From Puccinia triticina (taxonomy: Eukaryota): DNA of 64,000 nt. The position numbers were made by a program, and so were the translations under genes. A model generated the notes under the pieces. It was not told the origin of the DNA and did no database searches. It saw nothing but the letters and a program-made list of their open reading frames with translations. The stretch lies in the NCBI GenBank assembly GCA_026914245.1, contig CP110439.1, forward strand, positions 558,001 to 622,000, given 5' to 3'. This document shows, one piece after another, positions 1 through 11,400 of the stretch (positions are counted from its first letter, which is position 1; the number at the start of each line of letters is the position of its first letter).

Positions 1-206
1 TCATCGGTAGTTTCCCACACACACCCTTATACTTATATATATACAATACAATACAACACACACTGGTATACAACACATATAGATACACCCGTCATCGTCT
101 CTTTGAATACCCCGCCCCTCCCCCCAGTCTTTGGAGAATTCAGTCACCCGGTTGATGGAACTTTCGGCCCCCAACAAAGCGCCCAACCATCCTCTTTCTT
201 CCCGGC

Positions 207-240
207 TTCTCTCCTCTCTTCTCTCTCTCTCTCTCTCTCT
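207..240. repeat. (CT)n microsatellite
   Basis: Imperfect ctct run read directly. Confidence 0.85.
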
Positions 241-1476
241 TTTTGGCAAAGTAGCACGATTTGTTTGATGTTCGGGTTTTTTTTTGTTTCAGTGGTAAAT
301 GATTGGTCGAAAGCTTAATGTGTTCTCTCTTCTCTGTTTATATACGTACATAAACTTCCATACACGAAAAAAAAAACCCAAAAAATATATGTGTTATGTG
401 CTTTCTTGACGCTCTTTTAGATACAATTATGGCACACAAACACTCTTGGAATTATTTATTTCTGTCTTTTTCTTCTTCTTGATGATGAGGGTGGTGGTGG
501 TGGTGAAGACAGACACGTGGGGTTGTGTGGGGCCGACCATGAGAGGAGTGCCCGCGGAGAGAGACGAGCGTGCCGATGATCTTGCTCCGTAGTTGGCATA
601 CACACCGGGACGATTGGGGCGCCCCCCGATCGTCCGGCCTGCTGGCGCCACCGTGGCCCTGCAAGTGAATCGCGCCCACGTGGCGCTGGAACCCGCAATG
701 CCGGCCCGGCGTCGGACATAGGCGCCCCGGAAACGCCCCCAGATGGGCGCCTCGGGGACGCCCAGGGGGGGGTGGCGCCTCATCTGAGTCTGCAATCAAA
801 ACGCCTGGCCCCGGCAGGCTCCTGGCGTCCTGCGCGCGGGGGCCATGGCGGTCATGATGACTGTTCCCTGATGACGTGCGATGGCCTTTTGGGGGTCGCC
901 TGGTGGGCTCTCATCCCAACGCCTTCGGGGACGAGGGCGTGCCGCACAGGCGTGGAAAATTTCCCGTCCCCTAGGTCGTCCGGGTGGGTGTTTGGCAGGC
1001 GCCGAGGGCTCCTGCTGGCTTGGCTGGTTGGCGACGACCTTGAGGGCGCGTAGAGGTACAATCGCAGGCCCTCGGCTGGGCGACTCAGTGGGCGACTAAC
1101 TGTCTGCCCGTGAGCCGTCACCCGCATCCGCAGGTGGGACGATGGGCAGGGGGGGGGGTCTCTCATGCCGTGGCTCGAATCCGATGCACGCGATGCCTGG
1201 CGCCCGCAGACGATCGGAGAGGTGGCGCGAGGATAGCACTGAGCGGCGGCGTGGCCCGAAATGAGGCCGAGAGGGCCTGTTCACGCCTCAACAAATGGTG
1301 GGGGGGGGTCTCACGGTGATGCTCAGGGGGCTCATAGGGATTCCGAGTAATCCGATGCATTTTTCTGGTGACGCAAGGATAGTTACAACGGGGGGAGAGG
1401 AAGGAAATAATACTGAATAGGGCCCATGGGCAGGGAAACAGGGGAGGGGAAGGGGGAATGAGCGGCGGATCACAGG

Positions 1477-1710
1477 TTACACCGAGTGTGCAGAGATATC
1501 TTCCTGCGCGCGCGGTGCCGGCGCGGCGGCGATGGGGTTGGCTGATCTTGCCCTGCTCATAGCTTGGTGTCGCTCAACATTCAGTTTATGTGACTCGGTG
1601 CGGATATGGCGGCGCCAGTCCTTTGTCCCCCTCGCCAAACTGCATAGCTTGCAGTAATAGGGGGGTTCACATTGCAAAAGAAGCAATGCTGATTTCGTCT
1701 GCTCATGCAC
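1477..1710 (-). pseudogene. Exon-like fragment with a C2H2 (U1/matrin-like spacing) zinc finger, probably part of a degenerate TE-borne gene
   Basis: CKLC-x11-H-x5-H (CKLCSLARGTKDWRRHIRTESH), with plausible splice sites either side. No complete gene could be assembled. Confidence 0.35.
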
Positions 1711-2140
1711 CTGTGAGTAAGGTTTATGCCTTGCAGATTGCTTCCAAAGGGGAGCTGCCCAGCCAAACCTTTTTGCTTTCTCACAATTTTCAAAAGCTGC
1801 ATCTGCTGGTTTTGGTTGCTGATTTTCGAAATCAGCCTTACGTGAACCCCCCTAATAGACACCTTCCTCGTAGGTGAACTCTAAAGGAGGGGGACACAAA
1901 GAAAAATTCAGTGCAATTTCTGTCAAGATCACGCAGAGCGGCGGGCGTTGCATGCAAACCTACCGTCGCGGGGATCCATGGCCTTTGCGTGGTCGAAAGT
2001 CGAGTTTGTGTGAACGTTCGGACGGGACGGCGTGAGCCTCAGGACGTGCTGGAATGGTGGAATGTCGGGTAAGACTTGCGGGCGGGAATCGTGGTGACCG
2101 ACCGACGTGCGGTCTTGGGGGCGAGGCAGGGGTGTGGCCC

Positions 2141-2464
2141 TATAAGAAGCTCAAGGTGGCTGTGTGATAACAGTCCTATGTGTAAGCTCTCCACACTCCC
2201 GGGTCCGGTCTCCAATCTCGATGATATTGCAAATATGTACTAACTAACCTGTGTGATAACAGTCCTATGTGTAAGCTCTCCACACTCCCGGGTCCGGTCT
2301 CCAATCTCGATGAGGAGAGAGAAGGGAGCCGGGCCGGGTGGATACATATAGACTAGATACAAGGTTAGGTTTGAGTGTCTAGCTGTCTCACAAGGTTAGG
2401 TTTGTTTGATGACTAAGTACATAGTATGCCTATGTAGTATGCAATCATGCTCTGACTTGTAACA
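2141..2464 (-). repeat. Copia 3' LTR (TGTTACA...CTTATA)
   Basis: Identical by line-by-line comparison to 6761-7084. Internal 65-bp direct repeat at 2160-2224 and 2249-2313. Confidence 0.97.
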
Positions 2465-2474
2465 CCCCCTCCCA
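2465..2474 (-). promoter_or_regulatory. Polypurine tract
   Basis: TGGGAGGGGG on the minus strand abutting the 3' LTR. Confidence 0.85.
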
Positions 2475-2486
2475 CAATTGCATACT

Positions 2487-5400
2487 TCACCCGGTGAGTC
2501 CGAGCTTGTGTGTCGCGCTGATCATCTTCTTTGGTCCCATTGCCTTTGTGAAGACATCAGCTAGTTGGTTGAGGGTGCTTGTCCACAAAAGTTGTATGCC
2601 TTCTTTGCGAATTAAATCATTTACAAAATAAAACACCCTCTTGAGGTACTTCGTTTTTTTCTTTGAAGCATTATTGGTCGCAATTAGTATCGCGGCTTGA
2701 TTATCTACATGGATTGACTTTGGGATGTGGTAATCAAGGTCTTCAAAAATGTTAATGATGTGCAAGAGTATTTGAGAGCCTTCTGACAGCGCTACATATT
2801 CAGCCGCGCAGGTTGATAGCGCTACCACCGTTTGACGCCGTGATCCCCAAGCTACAGTGTCCCCACAGTGTGTGATGACATAGCCAGTCGTCAATCGTTC
2901 ATGTTCCCCCCCCAGTTGGCATCGGTCCACAGTCGCATTCCTTCGCCATCACCCCTGTACACAAGCTTCCAATCAACCGTTTTCTTCAGGTAGCCAATTA
3001 CGCCGTCCAACGCCGCCCAGTGCCTGTCAGAGGGGTTCGAGCTGAATCTTGCTAGCAGGTTTACCGGGAAAGACAAGTCTGGCCAAGTGCCGCCGGAAAG
3101 GTACATGAGTGAACCGATGATAGACCGGTATTCGGTTGGGTCAATTGGATCTGTTGCTGAGATTTCGAGGTCGGCATCATTGAGCGGTGAGTCTTTCATG
3201 AAAGCCTGCCTCTTGTATTTCTCAATAATTTGACGTGCCAAGGATTTCTGACTCAATTCGACCGACTTTCCAATCTTCTTGATATCAATACCAACCAACC
3301 TTTCAACGTCTGCCGACCACTTAATTTCAAGGTCTTTCGTCATCCCAACACGCAACTGGTCCAATAATCCAGGGTCGGAAGCCAGCGCGAATCCGTCATC
3401 AACATGGAGCCAAATCACAACAAAACCACCACTCTTCTTAAAAAGGTAAAGCAATGGTTCAATTTCACTCGCAACAAATCCTAAGCTCTCGACCGTTTTC
3501 TTGAAGAATTTCCACCAACAATGCGCGGCCTGTTTAGTGCCGTACATAGCTTTCTTGAGTAACATCACTTTTCCTTTCAGTTCGGGGCATATCTCAACAG
3601 GCGGCTGAACATAAACTTCTTCCTTGATCGGACTATACAGGTACGCGGAACTAACATCAAAGGTTGCTGTTGGAAAATTGTGGCGGAGCGCGATGGATAT
3701 CAATATTTGCAATGTGTTCAACGAAGCCGTAGGTGCGTATGTCTCGTTACAGTCCTCTCCCATGCGTTGGTTAAAGCCTTTTGCCACATATCTCGCACGG
3801 AACTTGTCAACTGTCCCATCCGGCTTGCGTTTTATCGAGAAAACCCACCTAGCCCCCAGTACTTTGATGCCCTTGTGTGCCTCGACCGCCTCCCAGACGC
3901 CTAATTCACCAAACTTGCCCATTTCATACCACGCAGTCAGTCTCCATTCATTCGCCTCACTCCCCAACAACGCTGATTTGATGGTCTTCGGGAGCTCATG
4001 TTCCGGTCCGATATGCAGGTGCGCTAACTGCCTTTGTTCTTCTGCCGCAAACTCCTCGGTTTTCTCTTCACCGAGTTGTAGGATGATCTGATTCAAAATG
4101 AACTCAAGGTCCAACTTTTTGATGTCCTTCTTAACCGGCAAAGCTTGAAAATTGGGAAACTTGACCGACGCTGAATGAACCATCCTTTTCTCTTGTGGGA
4201 GCCAAAACAACCAACCAACCCCGGCATCGGGATACCCCAGTAGCAAACCCTCCTGAGCTCTCTCATCTAATTTCTTGCGGCGTTCTTTCGGGATATGGAC
4301 AATCGCTTTCGCGCCGAAAGGGTATATAGAGTTTGGATCAGGGTCCATTCCATAGAACAACTGGATTGGGCAGTGATTGCCAGTCCTCGAGTTAGGTATC
4401 CGATTATGCATGTACGCGGCAGTCGAATAGGCATAGCTCCAAAACTTTCGAGGTAAGTCGCTTTCGTGCAACATAGTACGAGCCATGTCACCTAAGGTTC
4501 TGTTCAACCTTTCAGCTTCACCGTTCTGTTGAGGACTGTAGGGTGTAATCGGTGCCAGCGTAACGCCAACCTCCTCAAGCATTGGTTTCAGCGACTCAAC
4601 ATATTCGGGTGCGTTGTCACAACGGAGGTAAGCAGGGTAACATCCAAATTTGTTCTTGAGATGATGCATCCAGGCCATTATCTTTGATGGAACATCTGAC
4701 TTTGCTATCATCGATGTACAATAGGTGTATGTACTAGCATGGTCCCGTAAGGTTACTATGTACCGGCGACCGCTAATGTCATAATCAAAAGGACCGGCCA
4801 CATCTGACACCATGAAGTCTAATGGTTTATCTTGAGGGATCTGGGTACCAAGGACCATCGCCTTCTTGTCAATACTTTTTGACTTTGCGCATTGGTCACA
4901 GAAGAATGACGACCATTTAAGCTCCAACTCAGGGAAATTGATTCTTAGGTAAGTTTTGACTATTTCTTCGGACGCATGTCCTAGGCGCACATGCCATAAA
5001 TATGGGTCAAAAGAAGGGACTTGAGTGACTTTCTTGATTGTATTGTTGATAGAAGTATTCAGGGTCCAACAGTAATTATGAAACAAGGTGGAGTAACTAT
5101 TTAAGCGGGGATCTATTAAGGTTGCCTTTGTCCCATCATAGTTCAATTTCCAACCCTCCGAAAGCAAGCGTCCCGTCGACAAAATAACACCATCAACTCC
5201 GGGAACATGATACACATTAGGGATTGTGATCGTCCCCGTTGGCGTTGGAATCCGAACCGTCCCGATCCTATCAACCGTCACATGACATTCAGAGACGGCC
5301 AGGTAGAAGGTTCGTGGTTTTGTTAGCTTTGATCCGGGAATGAACAGCGATGAGTCGCCACTCACGTGAGCGGATGCGCCGGAGTCAAGTAAGACACCTT

Positions 5401-6568
5401 CGCTGACATTGGGGAATTCAACCTTGCGCACGTGATGTTCAGATTTGCGAGGCGGAACATAGGTGGACGACTTTGACCTGTAGTCGGCTGGCGGTTGTTC
5501 TTGCTGCCCCGTGGCCACTGCACGCCAGTAGTCGAGGCAGTCGGCATACCAATGCCCGTTCTTTGAGCAGTAGGCGCAGGTCGTCCCGTACTTGGAGGTG
5601 AGTTCAGGGGATTGGCCTTTACCACAGAAGTGATTTGCTCGCTCCACTGAAAATCTCGGGTGATTTGCTTTCGGGAGATCAGCTTCCTGTCGCCGGTGCG
5701 GGTTGACATATTTACCCAACGCTCGGTTCTGGAACGCATGGATGCGGTCAAGATTCATCGCATTGGCGTCGGCAGCACTGGCCTTAGGACGATGTTTGCT
5801 GATGGCGTACTGAATCACAGTCACGACCTCTTTGAGCGATGGACATTTCTTCGCGTCGAGTGTCTGAGTGACACTGAATTTGAAGGTAAGATTATCTGTG
5901 CCGGCCGGAGGTTTGAAAGTGTTCTGCAGCAAGATACCAAGGAGCTCATCCGCGGACATCTTCAGCTGTTTGATGTCAGCACCAAGTTGTGACCATTTCG
6001 ACAAGGTCGCATCACTGGATGGGTTCGGATCCGCCATCAAGTTGTAGATTTGATCAAGCAGACCGATCTTGTGTCACCGATCCGAATGTTGACACTGCGC
6101 AACGATGAACTCATATAGCGCACGAGTTGACTTGTGAGTCGTCAAACTGACAATGGAAAGAAGGTCAGTCTCAAGAGTGTTACGAATGAGACTGTCAACG
6201 GTCGTAGCTTCTTCAATTTCCAGACTATCGAAAACATTGAGGTCGTCGACGAAAGATACAACCCAACTGAAGGCATGCATCAAAGTGCGGTCCAAGGCCT
6301 TCTTCCAAGGTTGGAAGCAAACTCCATCAGAGTCGAGGGTCGGATGCGAAGGGTTCAGTTCTTTATGCATCGCAACTGGGGTCTTCAAGAACTTCGAGTA
6401 TATGATGTCTTGTCTCGTCTGCGCATTGGGGCGGATGGTGCCACGAGCAGTAAGCATACCTGCAATTTGGGCGTTAAGGTTGTTGATTTGCTCTTGCAGG
6501 ACGGCCAAAGCATTTTGATTGCCAGCGTTGGGTTGTTGCTGGTTGGCAGCGGGGTTTGGTTGTGCCAT
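2487..6568 (-). pseudogene. Copia gag-pol polyprotein, disrupted by an in-frame TGA (6074-6076) and a frameshift in a G8 run (~2906-2913)
   Basis: Zn knuckle CAYCSKNGHWYADC, protease LLDSGAS, GAG-pre-integrase WHVRLGH, integrase RCDN/QQNGEAERLNRTL, RT FRARYVAKG/LHVDD, RNase H WTDANW...LADVFTK. Confidence 0.95.
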
Positions 6569-6749
6569 CTCGAGAGGGTGTCGTCCGGACAGCAGTAAGA
6601 TTTCTTTCTCTTTTTATTTTTGAAAAAGTTCTCTTATATATATATATCTCTTGATTTAAGTTTTTCTTTTGCTGTCGCAGTATCTTCACCAGCGAACTTA
6701 ACGCTCACTTGGAGAATTCGGGATAACGGTTGTGTGAAGCGGACGAGCC

Positions 6750-6760
6750 GGCTTTTAACC
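6750..6760 (-). promoter_or_regulatory. Primer-binding site GGTTAAAAGCC (half-tRNA type)
   Basis: Directly follows the 5' LTR. Its complement GG-CUUUUAA-CC reads as an anticodon loop with UUU (Lys). Confidence 0.7.
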
Positions 6761-7084
6761 TATAAGAAGCTCAAGGTGGCTGTGTGATAACAGTCCTATG
6801 TGTAAGCTCTCCACACTCCCGGGTCCGGTCTCCAATCTCGATGATATTGCAAATATGTACTAACTAACCTGTGTGATAACAGTCCTATGTGTAAGCTCTC
6901 CACACTCCCGGGTCCGGTCTCCAATCTCGATGAGGAGAGAGAAGGGAGCCGGGCCGGGTGGATACATATAGACTAGATACAAGGTTAGGTTTGAGTGTCT
7001 AGCTGTCTCACAAGGTTAGGTTTGTTTGATGACTAAGTACATAGTATGCCTATGTAGTATGCAATCATGCTCTGACTTGTAACA
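6761..7084 (-). repeat. Copia 5' LTR
   Basis: Identical to 2141-2464. Confidence 0.97.
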
Positions 7085-7678
7085 GGCCCGACCCAGTGTT
7101 GTGCATGTTGCACGTTTGAGGGCCCCTTCATCTGAAACGATGACGGGCGGGCTGGTGGCAGGAGGCATATGTACATATGAGGAGATCATGCCGATCCAGC
7201 ATCGTCCGGCCCAAAGGCGCACCCCCACGAGCACCCCGGCCTCACGCCACCTCAAGGCGCCCAATCGGCGAACTATGTAGGCGGGCGGGCAACATGCCGA
7301 CACCTGCTGGCCATAGGCCCCCCCCCGGCGCCCGGATGACCTGTGCGAAGGGGAGGCGACCCCGGCTCCCGCCACAGCCTGACGCCAGCTCAACCGTGAC
7401 GCATGGCTGGCAATCCGCTGAGGCGCCCAGCTCACACCCACCCGCATCGGCACCAGCCAAGATCCCGCTCGTCCTGACGCCTTCTAGGCTTGGGCGGACC
7501 GCGGTGTATCACGGTGGCGCCACCGTGACAGGACCCAGGAAAGCCCCTATGGAACCGAGCTTAACAAAGCCTCACTGTGAGAGCCCCGCAGGGTCTCTGT
7601 CTCACAGAGAGGTCGCACTTCGTGCGAGGCGCTTCGCGCCCCTGCCCCCCGGCAGGCGAGGGACTTGTGCTAAGTTTG

Positions 7679-8484
7679 CTATGGAACACAGTAACAAAAA
7701 TGTATGAATTTTTGGTCAAAAAACAAAAAACATACGCACCCCAGATGTATGAATGGGAAATTTGGTGGATAAGGTACTCACCCCAATTGTATGAAGTTTT
7801 TTGGGGGACAAGGGGGGTAGTAACCAAAAATGTATGAGAATGAGGATATGATGCCACAGTTTTTTTTGCACCCCTCCCCCCCCCCCCCCTATATTGGTCC
7901 AGCTCTTCCTGTATCAACCACATATCCCAATTGCGGCTGGTTTCTACACTTCCTTGCCGAGTTCCGGGATTTTTGTGCATCTTGAAGTAGCACATCTGCA
8001 CCATTTATTTGCAGTCACCAAAGGCTTAAATATTACGGATGCTGGTGGGAATTGTGTATCCATCTCCCAGAGATTACATTCTCTTCTTATTACAATGTCT
8101 CAAATTGCTTTTCTAGGACACTGGCAGAACAAATTTTCAAAGATAAAAGCTCTCAAAAAAAGCAATAAAACTGTAGATGAAGAGTAGTTGTTGATGATAG
8201 TCTATGTAGTTTTCTACTTGAATATGAAATTTAAAATATCTTCTTCTTCCATTTTTTACCTTTGTCACTGCTCCTCTGGGTATGTAGCAGAAATGGATAC
8301 TCAAAAAACTATTTCTGGGAGTATTTCTTCACGCCTGCTGCAAAAAAAAAAAAAAACATACACACAAAATTTGTATGGATTTTATGAAAAAGCTCTGCAC
8401 CTATGCACGAAATGTGTATGAATGGGCTCCAAAAATGTATGAATTTTGCAAAAATCTTGGAATTTAGGTTACTGTGTTCCATAG
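7679..8484. mobile_element. Unclassified inverted-repeat-bounded element
   Basis: Perfect 17-bp IR CTATGGAACACAGTAAC (7679-7695, 8468-8484) and repeated subterminal TGTATGAA motifs. No TSD resolved. Confidence 0.5.
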
Positions 8485-11400
8485 GGGCTTTCCAGGGTCC
8501 TACCGTGACTCCTGGTCACGCTGGTGTCCTGTAACGCCCACCTGGCGCATGTATGACTCATGCGTCAGGTGGGCGCAAGGGCTTTTCCCAATTCGCCCGG
8601 GTGTGTACTGGCCGAGGGGGCCAACAAGTGATAACCTCAACAGGCCTGAAGGAGATCAATGGGGCCAGGGTGTAATGAATGTCTCTGCGGACACGGGTAC
8701 ACTCGCACCCGTGTGTTGCACCCGTCTCTACTGAAAAAAGCCGCACCCGTACCCAGACACGGCACCCACAGGCGGGTGTGGCGTGTACACCGGCAGTACT
8801 ACAGGCGGGTGTGGCGTGTACACCAGCGGTACTTGGTCACTATTTCTCACTTCAAACGCCCCCAGTGGGCCTTTAAAATATAAAAAAACTATAAAAAAAT
8901 AAATTACATATTTTAATTTACTACTTAAGCTAATTATACCTCATCATTCATTGTCGACATCAACAACTTGAATTTTGTGCTTCTGCTTGGTCTTTCTGTT
9001 GTCCTTGAGTGCCTGTTTCCATTTTCTCAAGGTCCCTTCCTTGATCTTATTATTCTTCAAGTAGAAGGCAACCGTCATACCTCTACTTATGGACGTAGAT
9101 GTGAGTCGGTGCCTTTTTGCTGAAATGTAATCCTGAACGAAGCTGAATGATCGTTCAACATCAACAGATGTTGCTTCACATTTTAAGACAAGAGATGTCA
9201 GATACTTGATGTTGATGATGAGAATAATAAACGGAAACTCACCTGGGCAGCTTAAAACATCTAGCGCCATATGTACGAGGCCCCCATGTGTATTACCAGC
9301 CTGTTTATGTTGAATCCACCACGTAAGAGGATTCACAGGGTCGGTACCATTGAGCACGAGACCCCCACCTAGCCATACGTCAAATGGGTTGGATGAGTGG
9401 TCTCCCGCTCGGGCCACCGCTGCACTTCCAAGGTTGACCAGCATAGTGGTCTTGGGCTGTGATAAAGGCAATCAGCGGATTGAAACAGGTCAGATGAGTG
9501 GAAACGACCGACCTTTGAGCTCAAAGCTTGTGCCAAGGAGGTAGGAGTAATTGGTTGGGGCTTGTAATGTGATACCCACATATCACGGGCCAGGCAAATC
9601 GCTTCGGATATCCACTCGGGCTCCCAGTTGGCCAATTTGAAATACTTGTCTTTAAAAGACGGGTGAAGCACTGAAAAAAGACATATTTATAAGTCAAAAT
9701 CAAATGAGACAATGTGAGATAGAGAAACAAACATACATATAGCTATGCGGTACATAATTGAGGCGTCGGTCAAGCTATAGTATTTGTTCACTATCTTCAA
9801 CCCAATTCGGCAGGCGTTTCTCAAAGCTGGTGGATATTTGGGCGGGCTGATAATTGATGATAAGTGATCTGTGATTTGGTCGATGTATAAGATGATGTTT
9901 GATATGCGCGCTGAGCCTGCTGTTGATATTTGAAGGGTAATCTTGTGAAAAATGTTGAGGACTTCGGCCAAATCTTGAGCCAAGGCAAAGTTGGACTTAT
10001 CGACATAATACTTTTGATCTATGCCATACGTTTTATCACGCTGCCACTCAAGCCTTTGAGTAATCAAAAAAAAGCACCAAGTCAGTCGGTTTAAGTGAAT
10101 GTTACTCCCAAGCAGGACAAGTACTTACAAAGCGGCTTGACACCTGATTATACTGTTGATTTGTGCACATGTTGAGTTCCAGCGAGTGTATACATCTCTT
10201 GAAATGTTATGCGGGGTATCACAACCGTTCTCCCGACATATTTTGACAAAGTGCACCTTGGAACTTGGAGAGTACCGCAATTTTTTAGCAATTGCTCAAA
10301 ACTGTATAGAAATTGGACTTCAGTTCCAATCATACGCCTCGAAATAAAAACAATAGAAAAATCTTACTTTGGCTAAAGTCACCCTGCAAGATTCAGATGT
10401 GTAGGAATCCACATCATCTTTGTCACTTGCGTTCTCAATATCTGCCTCGCTGAGTGATTCCATGTCATCTTTGTCTAGTCCAGTATTTGATTCAACCTCA
10501 CTGGAGTCTTCAGCATGTGAGTGGGGGGGAATATCCCCATGCGGAAGTCTAGAATTATAGGAGGAATGAATGAGAAATTGAAAAAGCGGTCAGAAATATT
10601 AATAAACCACTTCTAACTTACAATCTGATCTGCTCGGCAGCATCATCTTCTGAACTGTCCTTGTCCGAATTTAGCGCGTCAGTATAGGAATTTGTTTGTC
10701 CACTTTTATTCTGATGACTTCCAAAGGGACGGAGGATGCCTTGGACAACTAGATTGAGGATGTGAGCAAAACAGCAAATCCAATGTGTCTCGCCTTTGAA
10801 TTGGGGCCACTTGAAATTTTTGATCTCCCGTACCATGACTTCATTATTCTTGGCGTTGTCGCTCACGAGGCCGCATATCTTATCTTGGATTTGAAACTTT
10901 TCAACGACTAAGCGGACTATGTTTGCCAAGTACTCACTGGTATGGCTTTTTGAGAGGCAAACAAAATTGAGTGGAATAGCCTCCAGGGTTATATCGGATG
11001 TTGTCTTGCCCTCAACTAGTCGATAGATGACAACACCCAATATGTCAAATCCGTTTGGCGACTGCCAAGCGTCAACGCCTAGATATATCGCTCCACAGTG
11101 ACCGTTCAAAACACTCATCTGGTTGTGCTGGATAGCCGAGTATAGACGGTGGATGTCCTTTGAAACGGCGCGTGGAGTTGGGAGGTTGTTGAGAATCTTT
11201 GGGTGGAGGATTGCTTTATGGCTGGCATCTACAAGTGCCGCAAAAGGCCTTGCGGCTTCGGCGTACCATACAGCGCATAGTTGGGGAACCTATTATGTGA
11301 TAAGTTTCATTCATTTAGCAGATTTCTAACCTGAAAGCAAAACCAACAACTTACCTCACTCGGAAGGATGTCCCCAGTTCCTGTTACACCAAAAGAAGCC

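Larger units (their letters stand above)
2141..7084 (-). mobile_element. Full-length Ty1/Copia LTR retrotransposon (4944 bp)
   Basis: Two 324-bp LTRs (2141-2464, 6761-7084), 5-bp TSD GGCCC (2136-2140, 7085-7089), PPT and PBS, domain order gag-PR-IN-RT-RH. Confidence 0.97.

Noticed and set aside
427..1473. Overlapping GC-rich ORFs as genes
   Set aside because: No recognisable domains; open frames are expected at this GC content.
2906..2913. Programmed frameshift before RNase H
   Set aside because: It is a one-base shortfall in a G homopolymer within a conserved motif, so slippage or a sequencing error is more likely.
6074..6076. Programmed gag-pol stop read-through
   Set aside because: The TGA lies inside gag, upstream of the zinc knuckle, and fits a CGA-to-TGA mutation better.
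3624..6598. Plus-strand ORFs inside the Copia element
   Set aside because: Antisense shadows of gag-pol.
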